From positions 64,001 to 92,489 of IMG/VR virus record IMGVR_UViG_3300017971_000019: a stretch of DNA of 28,489 bases. One strand, given 5' to 3'. Position 1 is the first letter of the stretch. Each line of letters starts with the position of its first letter. This DNA comes from a virus (taxonomy: Duplodnaviria; Heunggongvirae; Uroviricota; Caudoviricetes). Position numbers and translations under genes: made by a program. This document shows, piece by piece, positions 21,542 through 28,489 of this stretch. The notes beneath the pieces are model-generated. The model was not told where the DNA came from. It saw only the letters and a list, made by a program, of their open reading frames with translations, and searched no databases.

Positions 21542-21702
21542 GACTCTCTCTCCCTCCGAAGCTCCTCCTTCAGGAACTCGATGGTTGACTCGATCAGTAA
21601 GTGGTCCTTCCTCTCCTGCTCGGTCTGTTCTGGGTTCGTGGCCAAGCTCTTCAGTTCGGCGCGAACATGGTTGCTCGTGATCTTCCTGGGCTCGCTGCTC
21701 AT
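21538..21702 (-). CDS. 54-aa hypothetical protein
   Basis: MSSEPRKITSNHVRAELK...RRERES*; ATGA coupling; below the ORF-track cutoff. Confidence 0.65.
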   Translation of the reverse strand: MSSEPRKITSNHVRAELKSLATNPEQTEQERKDHLLIESTIEFLKEELRRERES

Positions 21703-21899
21703 CCCCTTAGCCTCCTGAAGAGCCAGCCGAGACAGACGACCGGCCAGAAGAGAGACAGGATGATCAGGATGACGTGCCCCGCCGTGTTACTGACCTCGGG
21801 GGCCTTCGACGGAGGGGACGTGCTCTCCAGCGTCCAGGCCATTGCGATCACGCCGGCCAGGTACGCCACGACTTCGATGCCTACCAGTGTCTCGATCAT
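21699..21899 (-). CDS. Small membrane protein (two hydrophobic segments)
   Basis: LVGIEVVAYLAGVIAMAW and VILIILSLFWPVVCLGWLF. Confidence 0.75.
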   Translation of the reverse strand: MIETLVGIEVVAYLAGVIAMAWTLESTSPPSKAPEVSNTAGHVILIILSLFWPVVCLGWLFRRLRG

Positions 21900-22279
21900 C
21901 GGACCATCACCTCCAGTTCCACCTGGTTGTCCTTGCGAGGAACCTCGCGGACGTTGTAGCCACGAATGCGAGCCATCCGCTTCGCAGCCTCGACAGCGTA
22001 CGCCTGGGAGAACTTCCCTCCGTTATGCCCGATGAAGGGGGTGAGTCCACCCGAGGCCCAGGCGTCGAAGTTCAGCGAGTACGTGCCGTCCTTCTGCTTG
22101 ATCAGGCCCACCGAGTATCTCGCGCCAGGGAACTCGATCATTGCGTCGCACGAGGACTTCCCTTCGTACCAGGTGTACTTCTTCACGTTCTCGTGCAGGA
22201 CGCCACCCAGCCGCTTCGCCGCGTTCTTCGCGTCACGAAGACTCTTGATCACTACCTTCGCCGTCGCGATGTGGCTCAC
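21896..22279 (-). CDS. DUF1257 (Ycf35-like) protein
   Basis: MSHI...T..I......A..RLG, YSVGL.KQKDGTYSL.FD.W, KF.Q.YAVE.AK..AR..GY.V.E. Confidence 0.82.
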   Translation of the reverse strand: MSHIATAKVVIKSLRDAKNAAKRLGGVLHENVKKYTWYEGKSSCDAMIEFPGARYSVGLIKQKDGTYSLNFDAWASGGLTPFIGHNGGKFSQAYAVEAAKRMARIRGYNVREVPRKDNQVELEVMVR

Positions 22280-22521
22280 GCGGCACCTCCCTTGTCCCAG
22301 AAATACGGATTGTCATCGAGCATGAGGCGACGCCTCGAACGTCTGATACACCTACGGACAGCCGCCTCATCCACGTCTGTACACGGTCTGTAGACCTGTG
22401 GACTCTCCTCTGTCTCACGTAGTCCAACTTCGACCCCCTCCCAGAATGCGTCGTACCAGCCCCCCAGGACCCCTGAGATCAGCTTCAGGAGCCCCAGGGC
22501 TACGACCAGCCTCCAGAACAT
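22276..22521 (-). CDS. Hypothetical protein with N-terminal hydrophobic segment
   Basis: 81 aa; abuts the AAA stop; GTGA-coupled to DUF1257. Confidence 0.65.
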   Translation of the reverse strand: MFWRLVVALGLLKLISGVLGGWYDAFWEGVEVGLRETEESPQVYRPCTDVDEAAVRRCIRRSRRRLMLDDNPYFWDKGGAA

Positions 22522-24105
22522 CTAGTTCGCTCCCTTCAGAGCAAGCTTGCGACCGCTGGACTTCTTGGGCTTGAAGTCGCAGGCCTTGCTCATCTCGTAG
22601 GTGCCGGGGTAGGAGGCGGAGAGGAACGTGCCGTCTGCCTGCTTCCGAAGGGACCGAACGGAGTCCGGTGCGCTCTTCGTGACAGGGACGATGTAGCTCT
22701 CGCCCACTTCCTTCACCGGCTTGTTGAGCTTGTATGCGATCTCGCACGCGTTGCGGATCTCGGCTCCCGTCCACCCGGTGTCATCCGGGAGGGGAGAGTC
22801 GAGGGGATGCCCGTACTTCTTCAGGTACACGGGCCACAGGCTGGAACGCTCCTCGTCAGTGAGGAGGTCGAAGTACCAGATCTGGAGCTTGAAGCGACGA
22901 AGAAGCTCAGGAGGAAGCACGTCGAGCTTGTTGCAAGTGGCCAGGACGAGGACGTTCTTGCCACCGATGCTCTTGATGGTGCGGAAGGCCTCGCGGAATG
23001 CCTGCTCGGACTCCCCGACGTGCTTGCCCTTCATGGACCCGGTGTCCATCACGATGGTAGGCACGTTGTGGTGCGCTCCGATGGACTCGGTGAGCACCGT
23101 CTTGCCGGACCCTCGGATGCCCACCAGGATGGCTCCGTTCCACTCGTTGCCTTCCATGTTGGTGAGGAACTGCTCGTGGAGATCCTGGGTGACTCCGGTG
23201 TTGTCCCCCGCACCGCCACCGGAGCCGAGTCCTGCGAGAGCCTTGTCGATCTCATCGATGCGAACGACAAGCTCCGGGGGTTCTGGCCCAGCCCAGAGAT
23301 CGTTGAGCATCCCGGTGACCTGGTCGAGGCCACGGAGATCCTTGAGGTCCGGGCCGTCGAGGGTCATGGTGAGACCCTTGACCTTGCTCACCGCCTTCTG
23401 CTTGAGGTCCCAGGCGTGCGCGAGGTCGATCTCGCCGGCATCCGGGTTGAGCGCAAGGGACATGGCGAGCACCTGTTCCGCCTCGAAAGCGGAGAGCCCA
23501 CGCACGCTGCGCGTGACCTTCTTCAGGTACTCGTCATCGGGCTTCGACAGGTCAGCCGAGTCATGTAGCTCACGAACGATGGTGGCGTAGCCCTCGTGCT
23601 CCGGGAGGGGATCGTCCAGCAGGATCACATCGTGGACGATCTCATCCGGGAAGGTGAAGTCAGGAGAGAGCATGATGAGCATATTCCCCTGCGCCTTGAA
23701 CGTGTCCCTGGTATTGAGCACCAACTGGACGAGTTCGTTCTGGACCTGAGAGTCATGCAGGAAGCGGTTGAAGCTGTGAGCGATGAGCACAACCTCCTTC
23801 TCTGCCTGGCCCTCGACCTGGCCCAGCTTCGATGCCGTGCGGATGGCGGCGACGGGATCGGACGTGGCTGTCTTGATCTCGTCGGCGTCCATGTCCAGCG
23901 AGTCCGCCAGTTCCTGGAGCACGACCTCGGCGGTCTTGTTGAGGGCCATGTAGCCGTTGCCCCGGTCCCAGGAAACGACCGGGAGGCCACCGTTGAGGCT
24001 CTCCGCGATGGTCTGCGCGAGGGCCGGCTGGTCCGGCGTAGTGACCGCGATCAGCGGCGTGGAGACGCGCTTCGCAGCCTTCAAGGAATCAATCAGGGAC
24101 TTCAT
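22522..24105 (-). CDS. Ycf46-like AAA+ ATPase with permuted Walker B/Walker A order
   Basis: Degenerate N-terminal AAA module, then LVVRIDEIDK, then GIRGSGKT, VGESE, VLATCN, LPPELLRRF and GWTGAEI. Confidence 0.88.
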   Translation of the reverse strand: MKSLIDSLKAAKRVSTPLIAVTTPDQPALAQTIAESLNGGLPVVSWDRGNGYMALNKTAEVVLQELADSLDMDADEIKTATSDPVAAIRTASKLGQVEGQAEKEVVLIAHSFNRFLHDSQVQNELVQLVLNTRDTFKAQGNMLIMLSPDFTFPDEIVHDVILLDDPLPEHEGYATIVRELHDSADLSKPDDEYLKKVTRSVRGLSAFEAEQVLAMSLALNPDAGEIDLAHAWDLKQKAVSKVKGLTMTLDGPDLKDLRGLDQVTGMLNDLWAGPEPPELVVRIDEIDKALAGLGSGGGAGDNTGVTQDLHEQFLTNMEGNEWNGAILVGIRGSGKTVLTESIGAHHNVPTIVMDTGSMKGKHVGESEQAFREAFRTIKSIGGKNVLVLATCNKLDVLPPELLRRFKLQIWYFDLLTDEERSSLWPVYLKKYGHPLDSPLPDDTGWTGAEIRNACEIAYKLNKPVKEVGESYIVPVTKSAPDSVRSLRKQADGTFLSASYPGTYEMSKACDFKPKKSSGRKLALKGAN

Positions 24106-24114
24106 CTGTCCTCC

Positions 24115-24504
24115 TTACTCCTGGCCGTAGACGATGCGGTTCACGCACTCGTTCGCCTCGACCTCTGTCCAGCAACCAGGCCTGCCGTACTTCTCCTTGC
24201 AGCCGCCAAGGTGGCAGACCTCGTGGCCGGCGAGTTCGTTCAGGTAGCTGAACGACCCATCGTGGATCGTCTGCCTGTGTGCGTTCACAACGTTCCCACC
24301 AGGCGTAGCCCATGCGGCCATCCAGCCGCCGTTCGGATTCTCGTGGAACTCCACGTAGCAGGGGCCATGCTCCAGCACGCCGCAGTAGTGCTCGACCTTG
24401 GCGATGAAGAACGCTTCCTGCTCGTTCACGGGATCGGGGGATGAGAACTCGGCGTGGCCGCACCCAATCCCCCAGAGTGCGAGCGCCGCGATCAGGATCC
24501 GCAT
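24115..24504 (-). CDS. Exported minimal M48-like zinc metallopeptidase (possible lipoprotein)
   Basis: MRILIAALALWGIG|C; AWATPGG (cf. M48 NAFALPGG); LAGHEVCHL (HExxH); downstream EVEANE. TGATG-coupled to the upstream gene. Confidence 0.7.
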   Translation of the reverse strand: MRILIAALALWGIGCGHAEFSSPDPVNEQEAFFIAKVEHYCGVLEHGPCYVEFHENPNGGWMAAWATPGGNVVNAHRQTIHDGSFSYLNELAGHEVCHLGGCKEKYGRPGCWTEVEANECVNRIVYGQE

Positions 24505-24893
24505 CAGTGAAACTCCGTTGGGGACACAGACTCGCCACCCTCGCAGGGGAAGTGGCGGATCAGCATGGCCGAGGTGATGAGGCGGACGGCCCCAGGCTTG
24601 TTCCACATCTCTGGGAACTCGTTCGCTATGTTGATCCACATCCGGGCGAGTTGCCCGTTGGTCTCGCTGGTCAGACCCTGGTAGCACTTCATGGTCACGA
24701 ACATCCCGTCATCGACTCCACGGATGTAGCCGAGGGCGTAGCCGTAGTGGATAGCCTCCCATCCACTCGGCCCATCCTGCTCCAGGGCGCGGATCATGCC
24801 CTGGACGCTGTTCATCGGCATGGGCGGGGGCTCACCGGCGGTTGCGATTGCTCCCGCCAGGCAGAGAGTCACGGCGATCAATGCTTTCTTCAT
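24504..24893 (-). CDS. Rap1a-like (T6SS amidase immunity fold) exported protein
   Basis: Signal peptide MKKALIAVTLCLAGAIATA; GYIRGVDD...C...TNGQL.....EFPE.WN.P...LI..AM...FPC. Confidence 0.75.
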   Translation of the reverse strand: MKKALIAVTLCLAGAIATAGEPPPMPMNSVQGMIRALEQDGPSGWEAIHYGYALGYIRGVDDGMFVTMKCYQGLTSETNGQLARMWINIANEFPEMWNKPGAVRLITSAMLIRHFPCEGGESVSPTEFH

Positions 24894-25058
24894 CTACTCG
24901 TCTCCTTCTTCGTTGTACTGGTTGAGGCACTTCTTGTTGCAGACCCAGGCCTCGTAGGGCTCCCCCTTGGTAGCGACGAGGAAGCCTAGATAGATTGCGC
25001 TCCTGGAGTTGGTGCGGATCGTCTTGCGGCAGTGGTAGCAGGCCCGCTTAGAAGTCAA
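24894..25058 (-). CDS. Small zinc-finger protein
   Basis: CYHC...CNKKC; TTG start with SD AGGAGG. Confidence 0.6.
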   Translation of the reverse strand: MTSKRACYHCRKTIRTNSRSAIYLGFLVATKGEPYEAWVCNKKCLNQYNEEGDE

Positions 25059-25239
25059 CGTCACCCTCCTGCATCGGGTAGAACTCGACGCTCTCAAACT
25101 CTGGGCGTGGGGGAGTGAAGAGGTCCCGTAGGATCCGCTCCTGGAGCGCGTCCTCGTGGAGATCGTCAATGATCTCCCGAAGCGCGGCCTGATCGGTGAG
25201 ACTCTTCGAGTGCTTGAGGTCCATGAGGTACTGGTTCAT
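25048..25239 (-). CDS. Hypothetical protein
   Basis: 63 aa; SD GGAGGG. Confidence 0.7.
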   Translation of the reverse strand: MNQYLMDLKHSKSLTDQAALREIIDDLHEDALQERILRDLFTPPRPEFESVEFYPMQEGDVDF

Positions 25240-25274
25240 ATCAACCCTCCACTAGAGAGACGCGCCAGCCGTTG

Positions 25275-25691
25275 CTATCTGACACGCTCCAGGTAGCCAC
25301 CGTAGTAGCCGTTGCTGGAGTTGCGGTACTCGACCTTGATGGACTCCCCGTTGTTGAGGCGCAGGATGGTCTGGTAGGACTGGAGGTAGTCCCCCATGTC
25401 CTCCTCACCGTCCCATCCGTGCTCCATGCGCTGATCCTCGACGGCCAGAACCTCCAGCCCCTCGACGGTGTCGGGAGCTTCGAGGTGCTCGAACCAGGAG
25501 TGGGAGCAGCAGTCTCCCTCGGCGGTGAACTCGGCCTTGCCCCCATCCTCGAACTCGAACACGAGGACGGTCTTGTCGTCACGCAGGGACACGGCCTTGA
25601 GCTTGCGGTTGGCGAAGTCTTGCCAGTCGCCCCCGAAGTCGCCAGTCAGCCTCATAAGGTTCCTCGCGAACCCCTCGTCGTACTCTTCCAT
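25275..25691 (-). CDS. Conserved phage hypothetical protein
   Basis: EGDCCSHSWFE and YRNSSNGYYGG motifs, common in phage early proteins (recalled); SD GGAGGAG. Confidence 0.8.
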   Translation of the reverse strand: MEEYDEGFARNLMRLTGDFGGDWQDFANRKLKAVSLRDDKTVLVFEFEDGGKAEFTAEGDCCSHSWFEHLEAPDTVEGLEVLAVEDQRMEHGWDGEEDMGDYLQSYQTILRLNNGESIKVEYRNSSNGYYGGYLERVR

Positions 25692-25843
25692 CACTCCTCC
25701 TTCAGCGTGACCTTGAGGAAGGTCTCCGCCTGGTCGAACGTCTTGTTCCTCTTCTTGGGGTCTACGTCCCACGATGCGCGGTGCGTCACGATCTCGATGC
25801 CGTCATCGTTGGTGACCTCGACTGTGATCTTCACCCGCTTCAT
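25691..25843 (-). CDS. 50-aa hypothetical protein
   Basis: MKRVKITVEVTNDDG...; coupled at both ends. Confidence 0.7.
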   Translation of the reverse strand: MKRVKITVEVTNDDGIEIVTHRASWDVDPKKRNKTFDQAETFLKVTLKEE

Positions 25844-26061
25844 GGGTCCTCCTTCGTCTTCGCAATGTCCAGGATGCTCGGCTGCGGGTCGATCTCCTGT
25901 AGCACGCGCAGCGCAGCCTGAGTCTTCGAGGCGTGGATCCACTTCTTCTCCGGCCAGGCCCCGGTCATGGCGCGGAACGCTCTCACGTCATCCGCGATCC
26001 GCTTGCGCCACCGCTTGTAGCGACGCCTCTCCTCTGGGGTTGTCGTCTCTGCGTACCTCAT
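25840..26061 (-). CDS. Basic hypothetical protein
   Basis: SD GAGGAGG before ATG 26061. Confidence 0.7.
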   Translation of the reverse strand: MRYAETTTPEERRRYKRWRKRIADDVRAFRAMTGAWPEKKWIHASKTQAALRVLQEIDPQPSILDIAKTKEDP

Positions 26062-26072
26062 GTCTGGCCTCC

Positions 26073-26396
26073 TCACGCCGTGAACGAGAGGTCTGAAATG
26101 AGCCGAAGGGACTCGCTCCCGTCGTACTCCTCGATGATGAAGGCGGTCCCCTTGTCGAGCCAGTGGACCTCCACCTGGTCGAGGCCACCCGAGTAGGGGT
26201 ACTCCTCACCGAACCAGGCCTTAAGGTCATCCTCGGTGACCTCCTCGTTGGCGAGAACCTTCTCGACCAAGCGGCTGTCGAACATGGCCTGCTCCTGGTG
26301 CTCGCGGCCGGCCCAGGTGCTCCAGCCCGCGCCGAATCCGGGGGACACCAGTACGGCCACCTGATCACCTCGCTCGTACTTCTTCCACTCGCTCAT
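26073..26396 (-). CDS. Conserved phage hypothetical protein
   Basis: VAVLVSPGFGAGWSTW...GG....W...GT.F.IEEYDGSES, a recurrent phage family (recalled). Confidence 0.85.
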   Translation of the reverse strand: MSEWKKYERGDQVAVLVSPGFGAGWSTWAGREHQEQAMFDSRLVEKVLANEEVTEDDLKAWFGEEYPYSGGLDQVEVHWLDKGTAFIIEEYDGSESLRLISDLSFTA

Positions 26397-26606
26397 CTAG
26401 TCCTCCCACCACTCCCACTCGTCGTAGTCGTCAAGCTCAGGGATGTACTCTGGGTATCCCTCTCGGTCTACGCCTTCCGCCTGGAGCGCGGCTTCCACGT
26501 CTCTGCGCTCGTTCCTGGCCTTCCCACGAGGCGCACGGCGGTCCTTCATGGCCTTGCCCTTGCCCCGCAGGGCGAGAGCGTAGGCGACGGGGTTGCGTCC
26601 CTTCAT
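26397..26606 (-). CDS. Hypothetical protein, basic N-terminus and acidic C-terminus
   Basis: SD AGGAGG; MKGRNPVAYALALRGKG...DDYDEWEWWED. Confidence 0.7.
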   Translation of the reverse strand: MKGRNPVAYALALRGKGKAMKDRRAPRGKARNERRDVEAALQAEGVDREGYPEYIPELDDYDEWEWWED

Positions 26607-26976
26607 GGTTGCGCCTCCTGGAGCGGCGGACGGGAGCCGCTGATATAACCCCCGCCCGCCAAGTTCCTGCCAACTATCAGCTATCGGGGCGTGACGCGTT
26701 GAGGGTGCCCCAAGTCCCTCGCTCCGGTGCCTGTGTGTTTCAGTTGGCTTTACGTCACCAACGCATCGATTCACCTCCCGCGTTGAGTTGAATGCAGAGT
26801 AGTAGAGGCCACCCTCAAGTGAGAGCACGAAGACGGGCTGGCTAGCGTATCTGGTGCAAGTCAGACAGCGTTGCGGCCATGCCTTGGGGGGAGCTTGCAC
26901 GCATCCCCAGGTTGCTCCTCGTGCTCTCACTTGAAGGTGGGCGTGGATTCAGACGCCCCGTTACGTCGAGGGTTGC

Positions 26977-27154
26977 TGCCTCTGGCTGGATTTGAACCAG
27001 CGCGTGCGTTATCCCCTATCACTACACCTACTGATCAGGCAAGTGCGCCGTACGACCAGGCGATGATCAGTCGCCACTCCGCACGGCACGATCAAGGGTT
27101 GCATCTGACACGGGTAGTTAGCCCGCCGCTCTAGCCTAGCTGAGCTACAGAGGC
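26977..27154 (-). ncRNA. tRNA-like RNA with a 108-nt structured insertion in the variable arm
   Basis: Acceptor GCCTCTG/CAGAGGC + A73 (no CCA); D-arm GCTC/GAGC; arm GCGGG-CTAACTA-CCCGT; T-arm GCTGG-TTCAAAT-CCAGC; insert at 27002-27109. Confidence 0.85.
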
Positions 27155-27229
27155 ACAGATTAGACTGTGTCCCCCCTCCCCTTCAAGAGAGAGTTTGTGG
27201 TCCGGGTCAAGGTTCGCCTTCGGTTCCCC

Positions 27230-27279
27230 CTGTCTTGTATCCCGCCGGACCAACGGCATCCTGTTTGTATTCCGCCGAC
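27230..27279. repeat. Imperfect ~20-bp direct repeat in the intergenic region upstream of the tRNA-like RNA
   Basis: CTGTCTTGTATCCCGCCGGAC versus CTGT-TTGTATTCCGCC-GAC, about 31 bp apart. Confidence 0.45.
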
Positions 27280-27295
27280 AAGCGGCTCCTGGTTT

Positions 27296-27526
27296 CTAGA
27301 GGGAGGTCTCTCTCTGAGACCTGTGAAGGTTCCGCACCAGGGAGGCGGTGTCCTTCAAGTCACGGGCTGCGAGGGCGACGTGACGGCAGTAGCCGTTGTA
27401 TCGGAATCCCTCGCACTCGCACGCGACGGTCACCTTGTGCTGCTTACCGGGGCGCGACTTGGAGTTGACGCGGGCGACTCGGACTGGACCGGCAACCTTG
27501 AAGACTGTCTCTACGTACTCAGGCAT
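27296..27526 (-). CDS. SWIM zinc-finger protein
   Basis: CECEGFRYNGYCRHV (CxC...CxH); SD AGGAGG. Confidence 0.82.
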   Translation of the reverse strand: MPEYVETVFKVAGPVRVARVNSKSRPGKQHKVTVACECEGFRYNGYCRHVALAARDLKDTASLVRNLHRSQRETSL

Positions 27527-27577
27527 CTCTACCTCCTACAACATGGCCTTATGCCACGCGCCCTCAGAGGCCGAGTG

Positions 27578-27784
27578 CTATCGGTCCCCCCTGGCGAAGA
27601 AGGACTTCACCTTGCTGATGAAGCTCGGCTTCGCCTGCTTCGCTCCGGGCAGGACCGTATGCGTGCGGTTCACGTTGGGGATGATGCTCTTGACCTTCGG
27701 CACGATCCCCTTCGGCCCGCGCTCCTTCCGGGGCCTCAGCCGCATCCGCACGTCACCTCTGGATCCCATCATTGTGAATGCCAT
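27578..27784 (-). CDS. Basic hypothetical protein
   Basis: SD AGGAGG before ATG 27784; Lys/Arg-rich. Confidence 0.65.
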   Translation of the reverse strand: MAFTMMGSRGDVRMRLRPRKERGPKGIVPKVKSIIPNVNRTHTVLPGAKQAKPSFISKVKSFFARGDR

Positions 27785-27794
27785 CAGGTCCCTC

Positions 27795-28109
27795 CTAGTA
27801 CCGCGACTTGCGGCAGTGGATGTAGCCGTCGTCAGCGACGGGGTAGCCCTTCTCTCGCAAGGCGTCCTTTGCCCGTCGCACCAGTTCACGCCTCTCGTCT
27901 TGCCGTCGCTTCGAGTAAGCCTCGTAGGGGTTGGCACTCATGTAGGTGACGGCGACTTTGTTCGAATAGCCCACTCGGTAGCAGTGGAGTCCAGGCGTGC
28001 CTCGGTCGTTCCTTCTCGCCCTCTTGTAGATACTCCAGCCTGCGGCCTTGAGTGCGCGGGAGCAGGCACGCGCAACTCCAGCGGCGTCCATCTTGCTGGT
28101 ATCCTTCAC
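27795..28109 (-). CDS. Hypothetical protein
   Basis: GTGA-coupled to the upstream gene. Confidence 0.7.
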   Translation of the reverse strand: MKDTSKMDAAGVARACSRALKAAGWSIYKRARRNDRGTPGLHCYRVGYSNKVAVTYMSANPYEAYSKRRQDERRELVRRAKDALREKGYPVADDGYIHCRKSRY

Positions 28110-28453
28110 CACTCCTCCTCTTCATCGTCCTCGTCCAGGTCCGGGTCGAAGTCGATCATAACCTTGGTGACCTGTCCCTGGTCGTTCTTCTTCACGTAGA
28201 CGGGGTAGCTCCCGTCGCCGTACAGAGTCTGGAAGTGGAAGTGACCACTGGGCATCTTGATGTAGCCCTTGCCACCGTGATGGTAGACCTGCTCCTTGTG
28301 GCCGTCGAGGTACTTGCAGTACTCGGGCCACTCCATGAAGCCGCTGGCGTCCGAGCCAACGACGTAGCACGGGTCACCGAGGGTCACGCTCCCGGCGTCC
28401 ACGTCCACGAGACCAACCTTCTCCCAGTCCGGCTCTCGGTCGTAGTAGCTCAT
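28106..28453 (-). CDS. DUF4241-like protein
   Basis: VDVDAG....GDPCYV and TLYGDGSYPVYV motifs; SD AGGAGG. Confidence 0.7.
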   Translation of the reverse strand: MSYYDREPDWEKVGLVDVDAGSVTLGDPCYVVGSDASGFMEWPEYCKYLDGHKEQVYHHGGKGYIKMPSGHFHFQTLYGDGSYPVYVKKNDQGQVTKVMIDFDPDLDEDDEEEEW

Positions 28454-28489
28454 GTCTGCCTCCTAGTGTCCGAAGCCCATGACGACCAC

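Noticed and set aside
26977-27154. tmRNA or intron-containing tRNA-Val(AAC)
   Set aside because: No Ala identity pair or tag ORF. The insert is in the variable region, is too small for a group I/II intron, and I could not build a bulge-helix-bulge compatible with the anticodon stem.
7984-28377. Long plus-strand ORFs such as 7984..8658, 13556..14506, 18111..19274, 22721..23590, 23596..24444 and 27396..28199
   Set aside because: They are antisense shadows of high-GC3 minus-strand genes that have recognisable motifs, SD sites and coupled junctions.

Overview
GC-rich bacteriophage (or prophage) genome segment. No integrase or att pair is visible, and the host cannot be assigned from sequence alone. 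Positions 1-2534 (+) are the end of a probable virion/late operon, including a tail-fibre-like protein with an N-terminal signal peptide. Everything from 2501 to 28453 is on the minus strand and is largely translationally coupled. At 2501-6648 lies a dense array of 33 CCA-encoding tRNA genes covering all 20 amino acids, interleaved with a YkuK/RNase H-like gene, an HNH endonuclease, a Cys-rich ORF and several structured non-tRNA spacers. Upstream on that strand are NinG-like, ParB-like, radical SAM, DnaB, RecT, PD-(D/E)XK, HTH, lipoprotein and AIPR genes. These are followed by a Ycf46-like AAA+/DUF1257/DUF2997/DUF3150-like cluster, a Rap1a-like plus mini zinc-protease pair, and many small early-type ORFs. 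Two observations stand out. One is a solitary 178-nt tRNA-shaped RNA (26977-27154) with a 108-nt structured insertion in its variable arm, carrying two extra anticodon-like hairpins with identical self-complementary loops. The other is an AAA+ ATPase whose Walker B segment precedes its Walker A segment. All family assignments come from motif recognition by eye, not from database searches.
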